64,000 bases of DNA from Candidatus Micrarchaeia archaeon (GCA_038874215.1 JAVZCV010000002.1:6664-70663), one strand, 5' to 3'. Positions 47,306 to 57,638 are shown, counted from the stretch's first letter. The notes: generated by a model not told the origin, from the letters alone. Numbers and translations are program-made.

Positions 47306-48274
47306 ATGAAAACAATTACCCTATTCTTTCTACTCCTGACACTTGTGCTTTTCATATTCTCATTTTATATTTTTCCAATAATGATTGAGGGGATTATACC
47401 CCCCCAATTCCACGATTTGTCCAAAAAGACGCTAATCTCCGTGATTGTCCTTGTTGTTGCCATAACTCTATCTAAGGTATTTGATGAATGGGTCAGGCAT
47501 GCTTTGCGCAGAGTATCAGAAATGGAGGTTGGCATTGTTTCAAACATCTTCCGCTATACCGTCCTCGGAATAGCACTTTTGATGATTGCTTTCACATTCG
47601 TTGGCGACGTGGGTTCTCTTTCTGTCTTTTTGGGACTCGTTGGAGCGGGGCTTGCCGTTGCTCTTCAGCAACCTCTCTCCTGCGTTATTGCTTGGCTTGT
47701 CATAATAACGAACCGCCTCTATCGCATAGGCGATAGGGTTGCGATAGATGGGGTGAGGGGCGATATAGCGGATATAAGGCTTTTCTTCACCCAGCTTGTA
47801 GAAGTTGATGAGATGACGGAGCAGGAAACTGGTCGTCTCGTTTTCATCCCTAACAACGTCATATTCGCAAAGAACATATTAAACTACACGCTTGAGAATC
47901 CCTTCGTATGGGATGAAGTGCTCGTCTCAGTTACATACGAAAGCGACATAAAACTCGCAAACAAGCTGATTGAAAAGGCGGCGCATGAAATAGTAGGCAA
48001 GAGCATGGAGAATGCTGCATACTATCTATCACTTAGAAGCGAGCCCCTGCAAAAATTCAGGGATAGAACCGCAAAACCGATAACATATATAAAATTCGCG
48101 CCGAGTTCGGTTGATATTTCGGTTCGTTATCTCGTTGAGGCAAGGAGCAGGCGAAACGTGCATTCAGCGATAACCTCCAGAATATTTGAATACTTCTCAA
48201 AAACACCAGGGGTTGAGATTGCCTATCCAACAACAAGGACGATTAGGATTGAGCCCGAGGCCAAAAGTAATTAA
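47306..48274 (+). CDS. Small-conductance mechanosensitive channel (MscS family)
   Basis: 3 TM helices, then ...NRLYRIGDRVAIDGVRGDIADIRLFFTQLVEVDE...RLVFIPNNVIF... (MS_channel beta domain). Confidence 0.75.
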   Translation: MKTITLFFLLLTLVLFIFSFYIFPIMIEGIIPPQFHDLSKKTLISVIVLVVAITLSKVFDEWVRHALRRVSEMEVGIVSNIFRYTVLGIALLMIAFTFVGDVGSLSVFLGLVGAGLAVALQQPLSCVIAWLVIITNRLYRIGDRVAIDGVRGDIADIRLFFTQLVEVDEMTEQETGRLVFIPNNVIFAKNILNYTLENPFVWDEVLVSVTYESDIKLANKLIEKAAHEIVGKSMENAAYYLSLRSEPLQKFRDRTAKPITYIKFAPSSVDISVRYLVEARSRRNVHSAITSRIFEYFSKTPGVEIAYPTTRTIRIEPEAKSN

Positions 48275-48297
48275 TGTAAAAATACATATGTGTTTAT

Positions 48298-49404
48298 ATG
48301 AAGATAGCCGCAATCGGCCATTGCCTGCTTGCGCGGAGGCAATACGGGATATTTAACGAAATGCGCGAGCACGAAATTGAGCTTTTCGTCCCAAAAGCGT
48401 GGCCTGGCGTCCTTGAAAGGCCGGTAATAGCAGGAAAAGTCCATAGGATGAGGCTTCTTAACCATGGCAACACCTACAATTACATCATGCCCGGCATTAT
48501 GCCAGCCCTCGCAGCTTCAAAGCCTGATTTAGTATACACAAACGCTGAGCCATGGAGCAACATGTGCTTCTATGCACAACTCTGCTCAAAAATGCTGAAA
48601 ATACCGCATGTTTTTTTCACATGGGAAAATACAAGCTGGCCCACAAGAGGGTTTCAGAAGAGAAAAGAATGCTTCGTGGTTTCATGCGCTGCGGGTGCGG
48701 TGGCAGGAAACAAGGATGCAGAGAACAGGCTTAAGATCCTTAGGCCTGACCTCCCAGTCAAGAGAATGCCAAATGGCGGAATAGACACGAAACTTTTCAG
48801 GCATTCAAAGAAAAGCCTAAGACACGAGCTGGGGCTTGAAGATAAGAAGGTTGTTCTATTTGTAGGAAGGTTTGTGAAGGAAAAGGGCATTTGGTTTATC
48901 ATTGATAGCATTGAACGCGTAAGGCAGGAAATAAAGGATGCCCATTTTGTTTTCGCCGGTAAGGGTCCCGAGAAGCGGGCAATGATGCTCCGCATACTGA
49001 ATTCACCATTCAGGGACGCATGCACGCTTCTCAGCTGGAGGCCATACGAGGAACTACCACTTGTATACAACAGCGCAGACATTTTCGTGTACCCAAGCTA
49101 TTCCACACCGCACTGGAGAGAGCAGTTCGGCTTTGCAATACTTGAAGCGATGGCATGCGGTCTCCCCGTTATAACAACGAGATGCGGCGCTATAGAAGAA
49201 GTTGCGGGCGATGCCGCAGAGTATGTGCCAGAAAGGGATTCAAACGCCCTTGCAAAAAAAATAGTGGAGTTGCTCTGCGAAGAAGGAAAAAGAAAATCAC
49301 TTGCCGCAAAGGGCCGAGAAAGAGCACAAGTTTACGATTTAAAGAGAGTTGCACGCATGCACAAAGAATTCTTTGAGGAAATAGCAGGCAGGGGTCATAT
49401 ATAG
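48298..49404 (+). CDS. Glycosyltransferase family 4
   Basis: C-terminal GT-B signature ...EQFGFAILEAMACGLPVITT.... Confidence 0.85.
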   Translation: MKIAAIGHCLLARRQYGIFNEMREHEIELFVPKAWPGVLERPVIAGKVHRMRLLNHGNTYNYIMPGIMPALAASKPDLVYTNAEPWSNMCFYAQLCSKMLKIPHVFFTWENTSWPTRGFQKRKECFVVSCAAGAVAGNKDAENRLKILRPDLPVKRMPNGGIDTKLFRHSKKSLRHELGLEDKKVVLFVGRFVKEKGIWFIIDSIERVRQEIKDAHFVFAGKGPEKRAMMLRILNSPFRDACTLLSWRPYEELPLVYNSADIFVYPSYSTPHWREQFGFAILEAMACGLPVITTRCGAIEEVAGDAAEYVPERDSNALAKKIVELLCEEGKRKSLAAKGRERAQVYDLKRVARMHKEFFEEIAGRGHI

Positions 49405-50366
49405 AACCAAAAATTTTCCCTGTAATATTCATACATCTTCCTCAGCCCTTCTTCAAAACATGTTTCTGGTCTCCAGCCCAGCTCTTTCAATCTTCCTATA
49501 TCGGCTATGTAATCGCCTGTTTTGTCTCGCCCGTAGTCCTCGGGCCATTCTGCGTGCTTAATCCTCCCCTTTCCAACAACTTTGACGACTGATTTCGCCA
49601 TGTCTATAAAGGCGGTTCCCTTTCCCGAGCCTATGTTGAAAGGACCTTGATTCCCGCACGCAACAACCATACCCTCTACTACATCATCCACATACACATA
49701 GTCTCTCAACTGCTTTCCATCCCCAAAAACCTCTATTGTCTTATCCTCCATCGCAAGCCTCATGAACCATCCTACTATACCATATTTCCAGTGCTTTATC
49801 TGCTGGCGAGGTCCATACGGGTTTGCAATCCTTACTATCGTAGTTTTCATGCCATATGCACGCGCATATATCATGTAATACATCTCCCCGACCAGTTTCT
49901 CTATCCCGTATAGCGTTATCGGTTTTTTTGGTGCATCCTCATTTGTAAGGCCGTTCGTAATACCATAGACCATTCTTGAGCTTGTGAAGAGAATAGCTGC
50001 ACTTTCCGCATGCTTTCTGCACGCTTCAAGTATGTTTATATGCCCCTTAAGATTGACGTCAATATCATAAAGCGCCATTTTTAGCGCATCAACGTAGTTC
50101 ACCTGCGCCGCCAGACTGAAAACATAATCCTTTTCCTTCACTGCTTCCTCAACCCTGCGCATATCCCTAATGTCTGCTTTAATGAATTCTATATCCCCCT
50201 CCATGCCTTCAAGGTTCTTCATGTTTCCGCCATAGCCCGGTAGCATCCCATCTAAAATTGTGACTTTTGCACCAAGCGAAACAAGCCTCCTTGCAAGATT
50301 GCTACCTATAAAACCCGCACCCCCTGTTATCAGAACTTCGCTATCCTCGTAATCTTTGGGTTCCAT
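49395..50366 (-). CDS. NAD-dependent sugar-nucleotide epimerase/dehydratase (SDR extended family)
   Basis: Rossmann motif VLITGGAGFIGSNL, catalytic YxxxK (YGIEKLVGEMYY...). Confidence 0.85.
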   Translation of the reverse strand: MEPKDYEDSEVLITGGAGFIGSNLARRLVSLGAKVTILDGMLPGYGGNMKNLEGMEGDIEFIKADIRDMRRVEEAVKEKDYVFSLAAQVNYVDALKMALYDIDVNLKGHINILEACRKHAESAAILFTSSRMVYGITNGLTNEDAPKKPITLYGIEKLVGEMYYMIYARAYGMKTTIVRIANPYGPRQQIKHWKYGIVGWFMRLAMEDKTIEVFGDGKQLRDYVYVDDVVEGMVVACGNQGPFNIGSGKGTAFIDMAKSVVKVVGKGRIKHAEWPEDYGRDKTGDYIADIGRLKELGWRPETCFEEGLRKMYEYYRENFWFYI

Positions 50367-51525
50367 GATAAAACCTCACCTCGCACTTATTAAATATTGG
50401 CTATTCTATCTAATTATGCGCGTTGTCTATTCTATCGGCGTTGAGCTTTCCAGCGGAGCTCTCGCCGAGGTTGGGCTCAACGCAATACATGCAATAGAAA
50501 AGAAGGGAATGCTAAAAAGTGCATTTTTTTTGCATGGGGCGAAGGACGCCGATAGCGGTCTGGTACGGGAAAACTATGCGCGCATAAATCTGCCCGCATT
50601 CGTTCTTCATCGCTACTGGGCAAAAGACAACCTTTTTGACATTTCAGTCGCGATGAAAATGCCAAGCTGTGAAATATTCCATGGGTGGAACGGTTTTTCG
50701 CTATTTTCAATCATGGCTGCAAAAAGGAAGAATGCAAAAACGATCGTAGAGCGTGCATCAACCCACATACTAACACAAAAGAAAATACTTGAAACAGAAC
50801 GCATGCTTTTTGGTTTAAGCGGAAGCGGCCTAAACCCCATCTCTGTTAGGAAATCACTGCTTGAGTACAAGCATGCGCACTATGTTTTTGTGCCTTCCGA
50901 CCTTGCCTATAACTCTTTCGTTGAAAACGGTTTTGAAAGAGAACGGCTCATAAAAATACCGCTTGGTGTTGACTTGGGGGTGTTCTCTCCTGCGAAAAAA
51001 GAAAGCGACGTTTTCACTGTTCTCTTTGTTGGAAGCATCATACTGCGTAAGGGCTTGCAGTATCTCCTGCAGGCATACAGCAAGATGGACAAAAAAGGTA
51101 AAGAGCTTGTCGTTATCGGCTCCGTTTCCCCCGAGATGAGGCGCATATTCAACCTTTACATGCAAAAGATGAAATTTAAGCACATAGAATGGGCAGACAA
51201 CCTTTTGCCATACTACAGAAATGCGAGCGTTTTCGTTCTCCCGACTCTTGAGGAGGGGTTTTCGCTTGCACTCCTAAAGGCGATGGCGTGCGGCATTCCC
51301 GTCATAACAACAGAGAATTCAGGCTTACCAATCCGCGATGGGGTTGAAGGTTTCATATGTCCTTTCCGCGACCCAAAATCAATACGCGAGAAACTACTGT
51401 ATCTTTTTGAAAACGAGAGCGAACGAAAAAGGATGGGCAATATGGCGAGAAGGAAGGCAGAGGATTTCTCGTGGGATAAATACGGCGAAAACCTCATTAA
51501 GGTATATCGTTCCTTGTGTGAATGA
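50356..51525 (+). CDS. Glycosyltransferase family 4
   Basis: ...EEGFSLALLKAMACGIPVITT.... Confidence 0.85.
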   Translation: MGSMIKPHLALIKYWLFYLIMRVVYSIGVELSSGALAEVGLNAIHAIEKKGMLKSAFFLHGAKDADSGLVRENYARINLPAFVLHRYWAKDNLFDISVAMKMPSCEIFHGWNGFSLFSIMAAKRKNAKTIVERASTHILTQKKILETERMLFGLSGSGLNPISVRKSLLEYKHAHYVFVPSDLAYNSFVENGFERERLIKIPLGVDLGVFSPAKKESDVFTVLFVGSIILRKGLQYLLQAYSKMDKKGKELVVIGSVSPEMRRIFNLYMQKMKFKHIEWADNLLPYYRNASVFVLPTLEEGFSLALLKAMACGIPVITTENSGLPIRDGVEGFICPFRDPKSIREKLLYLFENESERKRMGNMARRKAEDFSWDKYGENLIKVYRSLCE

Positions 51526-52178
51526 ATGTTGGTGCGTTGCCGATGAAATACTATGAATACTATTGGACTGCAATGAAACCGCATTGCGAGATTACGCACG
51601 CAAAGAAGGATGCGTTCACCCTTCTTAAAGGCAAAAAAGTACTTGATGTCGGCTGTGGGGACGGAGAACACTACGGGAAGGCTCTCGCAAAGGAATGCCA
51701 GCTTTATGGGATAGATATCTCAAACGAGGCCGTGTCTATTGCAAGAAAAAACGGCATGGATGCCACTGTTGGGGAGGCAGACAACCTTCCTTTCGGAGAT
51801 GGGGAATTTGACGCGGTCTTGTTTATTGACGTTCTTGAACACCTTTTCAATCCAGAAGGTGCCCTCCACGAGGCAAACCGCGTTTTGAAAAACAACGGTT
51901 TTATTATAGTATCCCTGCCGAATGCCGCTTACATCCGCGAGAGGCTTTCTTTCCTATTTGGGGATTTCAACCCGCGAGGCTCGCCCCACACTTCTTTTGA
52001 TTCGCCTTGGGCTGACCCCCACATACGCTTCTTCACCAAGAAAACGGTTATGGCACTTCTCCAAAAAACAGGCTTCAAAGTCCGCGTTTTTATAGGGGAG
52101 GCAGGCATACCAATACTATCGCATTTCTTCCCTTCTCTCTTTGCCTCGGATTTCCTCATAATCGCAGAAAAGCAGTGA
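51522..52178 (+). CDS. Class I SAM-dependent methyltransferase
   Basis: Motif I VLDVGCGDGEH, post-I acidic DIS, motif II FDAVLFIDVLEH. Confidence 0.8.
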   Translation: MNVGALPMKYYEYYWTAMKPHCEITHAKKDAFTLLKGKKVLDVGCGDGEHYGKALAKECQLYGIDISNEAVSIARKNGMDATVGEADNLPFGDGEFDAVLFIDVLEHLFNPEGALHEANRVLKNNGFIIVSLPNAAYIRERLSFLFGDFNPRGSPHTSFDSPWADPHIRFFTKKTVMALLQKTGFKVRVFIGEAGIPILSHFFPSLFASDFLIIAEKQ

Positions 52179-52182
52179 TTCC

Positions 52183-53064
52183 ATGGCCACTGGCAAAAAA
52201 CCAGAATTGAGCGTCGTCGTCCCAACATATAATCGGGCAGAAAAACTAAAAGAGACGCTGAATTCCCTTTTGCGCCAGAGTATCCCGTGCGAGATAATCA
52301 TCGTAGATGACGGTTCGCGCGATGATACGCCCCTGATTGCTAAAAATTTTGGCTTTAAATACATAAAGTGCGAGCACAGGGGACCAGCAGCATCACGCAA
52401 CATCGGAATAAAGAATGCGAACGCAGACATAGTTGCCTTTATAGATGACGACTGCATAGCACCCGAAAGATGGGCTGAAACCTTGCTTGAAGGCTACAAG
52501 CGTCATCCTCATGTTGCAGGAGCTGGAGGCTACATGCTACCCCCCCAAGATGCGAAGGGCATTTTTGCAGATTACGAACGCCATAACACAAAGAAATACG
52601 GTGCTTTTTCAGGAGAGAGCGTATACAAGGAAGACGGACCCGTAGGCTCCACATGCAACATGTCTTACAGAAAAAGCGTGCTTTTAGAAGCAGGCGGATT
52701 TGATGAGCGCTTCGTATCTGCAGCTGGCGAGGATATAGACCTTCGCGACCGCGTCTATGAACTGGGATACTCTCTGCTTTTCATTCCTGTTGCAGTAATC
52801 CACAATGCCGACTATTCCTTTCGCGGTTTTTTAAGGAGATCCTTGATGCGTGCCGATGGGGTTTTTGTTTACGAGCAGAAGCGTGGGCGAAGGTTCTCCA
52901 TTAAAACAAATACATTCAATGCGCTTTCTGCCTTCCTGCGCTTTCTGCTCTTCCTTATCCTTATTGACTCAATTTCTGCATTAGAAAGCCTTGAGCTTTT
53001 TATAGTGAATGCGGGCATCATACGGAGGTGTCTCTCTGATCGTCTCTCTTTTTGCACCCCTTGA
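52183..53064 (+). CDS. Glycosyltransferase family 2
   Basis: LSVVVPTYNRAEKL...IIVDDGSRDDT...FIDDDC is a GT-A DxD arrangement. Confidence 0.85.
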   Translation: MATGKKPELSVVVPTYNRAEKLKETLNSLLRQSIPCEIIIVDDGSRDDTPLIAKNFGFKYIKCEHRGPAASRNIGIKNANADIVAFIDDDCIAPERWAETLLEGYKRHPHVAGAGGYMLPPQDAKGIFADYERHNTKKYGAFSGESVYKEDGPVGSTCNMSYRKSVLLEAGGFDERFVSAAGEDIDLRDRVYELGYSLLFIPVAVIHNADYSFRGFLRRSLMRADGVFVYEQKRGRRFSIKTNTFNALSAFLRFLLFLILIDSISALESLELFIVNAGIIRRCLSDRLSFCTP

Positions 53065-54106
53065 AAAGCACTGGGCAAGCATGCACGTATTTACGCAAAA
53101 CCTTGCAAAAAATCTGCCCTCAGGAGTGCATGTTTCAAGGCCATTCATCCCATACATAAGGCTCCCGCTCGCTTCATTAGAGCGCAGAAGCATATCCTTT
53201 TTCAAGCATATCGTCTATCCTAACGTTGCGCATATTTCACAGGGAGCAATAAACCACATCACAGACCACAGCTACTCTTTTTTAATAAAAAAAATTGACC
53301 CAAAAAGAACGCTTGTGACATGCCACGACCTTATCCCCCTTAATTTTTTTGAAGAAAGCATAAGGGATGCTTTTCTGCGCGATATATCGCCAATTAGGGA
53401 TGCAGCAGCTATCGTAGCCGATTCTAAAAAAACAAAGGCCGACATAGTTGAAAAGCTTGGAATTGAAGAGAAAAAAATACGGGTTGTGCCGCTGGGTGTT
53501 GATCATGAACGCTTTTTTCCGTTTGATGAAAAAAGAAAGAGATGCACAAGAGCCAAATTCGGCTTCGGCTCAGAATTCGTAGTCCTGCATGTTGGCAGCA
53601 CGCTTCCTTATAAGAACATAGAGGGCATAATACATGCGCTCTCGTTGATAGAGGATGAAATACTCTTTGTAAAGGTCGGTTGGGATTTCACTGCTGAGCA
53701 AAAAAAATTCATTGATAAAAAAGGCATCCGCAAGAAAATATCTTATATCGGAAAACTTAAAGATGCCCAGATGCCCGAGATATACAATGCATGCGACCTT
53801 CTCGTTTTCCCATCCTTCAATGAGGGCTTTGGTCTTCCCATAATAGAAGCAATGGCATGCGGCCTTCCCGTCCTCACATCAAATAGCGGGGGTTGCGAAG
53901 AAACGGCAGGAGATGCAGGGATACTAGTGGAACCATCCGATGCAGGAGCGATAGCCGACGCAATAATGCAGGTTATGCAATCAAAGGATTTTGCATGCGA
54001 AATTTCCAAAAAAGGATTAAAGAGGGCAGCGGAATTCTCATGGAAGAGAACAGCAGAAGAATACATGCACATTTATACCCACATCATAAAGTCATTAAAG
54101 AGGTAG
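53009..54106 (+). CDS. Glycosyltransferase family 4 (the start may instead be Met at 53081)
   Basis: ...NEGFGLPIIEAMACGLPVLTS.... Confidence 0.8.
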   Translation: MRASYGGVSLIVSLFAPLEKHWASMHVFTQNLAKNLPSGVHVSRPFIPYIRLPLASLERRSISFFKHIVYPNVAHISQGAINHITDHSYSFLIKKIDPKRTLVTCHDLIPLNFFEESIRDAFLRDISPIRDAAAIVADSKKTKADIVEKLGIEEKKIRVVPLGVDHERFFPFDEKRKRCTRAKFGFGSEFVVLHVGSTLPYKNIEGIIHALSLIEDEILFVKVGWDFTAEQKKFIDKKGIRKKISYIGKLKDAQMPEIYNACDLLVFPSFNEGFGLPIIEAMACGLPVLTSNSGGCEETAGDAGILVEPSDAGAIADAIMQVMQSKDFACEISKKGLKRAAEFSWKRTAEEYMHIYTHIIKSLKR

Positions 54107-54110
54107 GCTA

Positions 54111-55532
54111 ATGCATGTCCTTTTCATATACCCCGACATAATATTTAAAGAGAACTGGAATGGGCAGTACTACTCGGGCATAGCTTACATATCATCCGTT
54201 CTTAAAGAAAACGGCCATAAAACCTCGCTCCTTCACATAACACAGCCAATCAGGCGGAAAAATCTCATAGAGCTTGTAAAACGAGAGGTCAAGGGCGATA
54301 CGATAATAGGCATTTCTTCTACAACAAACATGTTCCCATTCGCTGCGAGATGGGCAAAATGGATAAAAGAAGAGTTACCAGAAACCACCATACTCTGCGG
54401 AGGAGTCCACCCAACCTTATCGCCAAAAAGCGTCATAAAAACCAGCAACATAGATGCCATTGTTGTTGGCGAGGGTGAATACCCCACACTAGAAATATGC
54501 GATGCGCTTGAAAAAGGAGCATGGATAAACGGGATACCAAACGTTTGGGTTCGCGATGGGCAAAGAATATACGCAAACCCAACACGCCCGCCTATAAAAC
54601 TTGATTCTCTTCCACTGCCCGATAGAAGCATCTTCAAGATGAGGGAATTGTTCTGGGAAAGACAAGGAATAGGAAATCTCATAGTTTCAAGGGGGTGCCC
54701 ATATAACTGCGCATACTGTTGCAACCATGCGCTAAGAAAGTTCATGGGTTCGGGTGTGCGAATGAGAAGCGTTGAGAAGACCATAGAAGAGGCAAACCAA
54801 CTTATAACAGAATATCCCTTCATAAAAAAGCTGCACTTTGATGATGACATATTCGGCTTATCAATTGGCTGGCTTCGTGAATTTGCAGAGAAATTCCCAG
54901 ATGAAGTGGGTGTGCCATTCAGCTGCAACATACGTGCAAACCTGCTTACAGATGAGCGCATCGCACTTCTGAAAAAATCAGGCTGCTACCGTTTGCAGAT
55001 TGGAGTAGAGAGCGGGAATGATTTCATACGCAATGAGATAATGAACCGCAACATGAGCAGGGAAACGATCGTACGCGCATTTAAAAAAGCGAAGGAGGCG
55101 GGCTTTGAGACATATGCGTTCAACATGATCGGCCTGCCGCATGAGAATGCGGCTGCAGTTCTTGATACCGTTAAGTTAAATGCCGAGATAGAACCAGATA
55201 TGTTCCAATGCTCAATATTCTATCCCTACCCCTCAACACGCCTTTACTCTCTCTGCCGCAAGGAAAATATGATAAGGCGCAGGCAGATGCATAGCTATTT
55301 CCGAGGTAGCATACTCAACCTGCAAGGCATGTCAGATGCACAGCTTGAAGTTTTCAACAGATACTTTGAACACCTCGTTGCACTATATGGAGATGCGAAA
55401 GCAATCCCGAAGGTGCATAAGCTGCTTGATACCATGCTCTGTTCACGAGCGTTTCCTATTTTCGCAGGCAACCTCATCTCCTGTTACCTCTGGATGAAAC
55501 AACTTCATCGTAAATTCTTTCAATCTCAATAG
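54111..55532 (+). CDS. B12-binding-domain radical SAM enzyme (class B radical SAM)
   Basis: N-terminal cobalamin-binding Rossmann-like region. The radical-SAM motif is ...SRGCPYNCAYCCN.... 473 aa. Confidence 0.8.
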   Translation: MHVLFIYPDIIFKENWNGQYYSGIAYISSVLKENGHKTSLLHITQPIRRKNLIELVKREVKGDTIIGISSTTNMFPFAARWAKWIKEELPETTILCGGVHPTLSPKSVIKTSNIDAIVVGEGEYPTLEICDALEKGAWINGIPNVWVRDGQRIYANPTRPPIKLDSLPLPDRSIFKMRELFWERQGIGNLIVSRGCPYNCAYCCNHALRKFMGSGVRMRSVEKTIEEANQLITEYPFIKKLHFDDDIFGLSIGWLREFAEKFPDEVGVPFSCNIRANLLTDERIALLKKSGCYRLQIGVESGNDFIRNEIMNRNMSRETIVRAFKKAKEAGFETYAFNMIGLPHENAAAVLDTVKLNAEIEPDMFQCSIFYPYPSTRLYSLCRKENMIRRRQMHSYFRGSILNLQGMSDAQLEVFNRYFEHLVALYGDAKAIPKVHKLLDTMLCSRAFPIFAGNLISCYLWMKQLHRKFFQSQ

Positions 55533-56634
55533 CATGCTGGCTTATTCCAAAGCGCTTTGAGAATTCAAATGCCCGCCTGCCCATATCCATCGCTTTTTTC
55601 CTGTCAGCAAGCAGCATCACGATTTTATCCGCAAGTTCCTCCTCATCCTTAGGTTTTACAAGAAATCCTGTCTTACCATCTTCAACAAGTTCGCTGAACG
55701 CACCAACATCGCTTGCAACAACGGGACGTGCTGTTGAAAATGCCTCAAGTATCACAAGCCCGAACGTCTCGGGCCATATTGAAGGGGCAACAACAACCCT
55801 GCTTCTCTCAAAAAGCTTCTCCTTTTGCCTATCGCTTATCTTCCCGAGCATTTTTATGCCATCAGCCCCAGTTTCTGTAGCCCAAATACCTTCACCCGCT
55901 ATCACAAGTTTTGCATCGCTAACCCTATCGCGTACTTTTGAAAATGCTCTCTCTAGATAGCCTATGCCTTTAAGAGGATTTAATCTGCCCACATACGTGA
56001 CTATTTTTTCAACACCCATGTACTTCTCGCCGATAGGCTCTATTCCATGTGGCAGATGAATTACCTTCTCGCTCTTTATCCCGTTCCTTATTAGAAGGTT
56101 CTTGACGAATAAACTTGGCGCTATGTACTTGTCTATAAACCTATCATACGGTTTGGTTGCGAATATCGCTTCCCGAAGTGCAAACAAGCTTCTGCCTGTT
56201 AAGGTGGTTGAGCAAAGAGAGCATATCCTAACCCCCCCCTTCATCTTCGGGCACTGTTCCCCGTCCGTAGTGTAGTATGTCAAAAGCGGGCAGAACATCC
56301 AGTGGTCATGCACCGTTAAAACTACGGGTGCCTTCCTTGAAACCCTACCAAGCGCAGCTAAAGAGATCCCCCAAACACCATGCACATGCACAACGTCAGC
56401 ATCAATATCCAGCTTTATATCGGGGTTAAAAACATCCCTTCGCATTATCTGATCATGGCTCCTCCCAATTCCAACGACCTTGATTCCCCCTTCAATCTCC
56501 CTATCTTCCGTATCGCAGGCGAATATCGTTACCTCGTGTCTCTTTGCCAACTCTTTTGAGAGCGACAGGCAGTAGCGCTCGCTTCCTCCAATGCCTTCAC
56601 CGCTAAACTTGTTCGTCAACTGAGCTATCCGCAT
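55474..56634 (-). CDS. Glycosyltransferase family 4
   Basis: ...ETFGLVILEAFSTARPVVAS... GT-B C-terminal domain. 386 aa. Confidence 0.85.
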   Translation of the reverse strand: MRIAQLTNKFSGEGIGGSERYCLSLSKELAKRHEVTIFACDTEDREIEGGIKVVGIGRSHDQIMRRDVFNPDIKLDIDADVVHVHGVWGISLAALGRVSRKAPVVLTVHDHWMFCPLLTYYTTDGEQCPKMKGGVRICSLCSTTLTGRSLFALREAIFATKPYDRFIDKYIAPSLFVKNLLIRNGIKSEKVIHLPHGIEPIGEKYMGVEKIVTYVGRLNPLKGIGYLERAFSKVRDRVSDAKLVIAGEGIWATETGADGIKMLGKISDRQKEKLFERSRVVVAPSIWPETFGLVILEAFSTARPVVASDVGAFSELVEDGKTGFLVKPKDEEELADKIVMLLADRKKAMDMGRRAFEFSKRFGISQHAIEIERIYDEVVSSRGNRR

Positions 56635-56725
56635 TCTAACCCTCTTTTATACCACATAGGTTTCCTTCATTACTGCTTGCATGGCCGCCTTTTTCAAAAA
56701 AAGGCACAGCATCACCAAAACAATT

Positions 56726-56743
56726 TAATTAATTACATATAAA
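56726..56743 (+). promoter_or_regulatory. Putative TATA box (catataaa) and ggag RBS upstream of the flaK-like gene, in the divergent intergenic region
   Basis: Read directly from the sequence. Confidence 0.3.
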
Positions 56744-56748
56744 CTTAT

Positions 56749-57618
56749 TTGGAGTCTATGGAACATGAGTTAATAAGGATTTCACTTGCTGTGGCGGCGT
56801 GTGCGCTCGGGGCATACTACGATATTAAAAACAACAGGAATGTCCCAAACTGGGTTACATACTCCTTCGTTGCTATCGGCGTTTTTATAAACGCCATCCC
56901 CTTTGATCTTTCCTTTATCCTTCCTGTTTTTGCTGTTTCTGCCCTTATTTTCATTGTCGGCTATTTGTTCTACAGGCTTGGGCAGATAGGGGGAGCAGAC
57001 GTTCTTTTATTTACCGGCGTGTCCCTCGCACTTCCGTATCCCCCCTCGCACCTCTCTTCTACCCTTTTTGAATATCCCTTCATACTTCCTGTCTTCGTTG
57101 TTTCTGGTGTTCTGTTCAGCATTGCAATGCTCATAGCATACGTGCCGCGTATTTTTGCAGATGTGCGTGCGCGAAAAGTAAAAACCAGCCCTTATGGCGT
57201 CTTACTCTCGCTCATCATGCTCCTTGCATACACCGCAGTCATCTATATGCTGGCCCAGATACTGCCATTGCGACCCCTCCAAATTCTCATTTTGGTTATC
57301 GTGGTGTTTTCTGCGGTTTTCTTCATGCTTTTCAGGGAGCACATAACCGAAAATTATGTAATAGAGTACGTCTCCCTTGAAGAAGTTGATGAGGAGGATG
57401 TGCTTGCGCTTGAAAAAATTGACAGCAAAACAATATCCCAATACAGCCTTAAAAGACTTTTGACTGCTTCTGAAATAGAGAGGCTCAAAAGAACCCCAGT
57501 CGCAAAGATGAGACTTCCCGTGTGTAAAAACATGCCCATGTTTGCCCCATACCTACTTCTATCCCTCTTAATAAACCTGGTTATTGACCCATCCCTTCTG
57601 TTCGCCCCTGCATTTTAA
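56749..57618 (+). CDS. flaK: Class III signal peptidase (prepilin/preflagellin peptidase FlaK/PibD, A24 family)
   Basis: The first catalytic-Asp block is ...ALGAYYDIKNNRNVPNW... and the second is ...LGQIGGADVLLF... (GxGDxK-like). It is a polytopic membrane protein with an archaeal C-terminal extension. A TATA-like catataaa and a ggag RBS lie upstream. Confidence 0.75.
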   Translation: MESMEHELIRISLAVAACALGAYYDIKNNRNVPNWVTYSFVAIGVFINAIPFDLSFILPVFAVSALIFIVGYLFYRLGQIGGADVLLFTGVSLALPYPPSHLSSTLFEYPFILPVFVVSGVLFSIAMLIAYVPRIFADVRARKVKTSPYGVLLSLIMLLAYTAVIYMLAQILPLRPLQILILVIVVFSAVFFMLFREHITENYVIEYVSLEEVDEEDVLALEKIDSKTISQYSLKRLLTASEIERLKRTPVAKMRLPVCKNMPMFAPYLLLSLLINLVIDPSLLFAPAF

Positions 57619-57638
57619 AAAGAAATCGTTATAATTAT

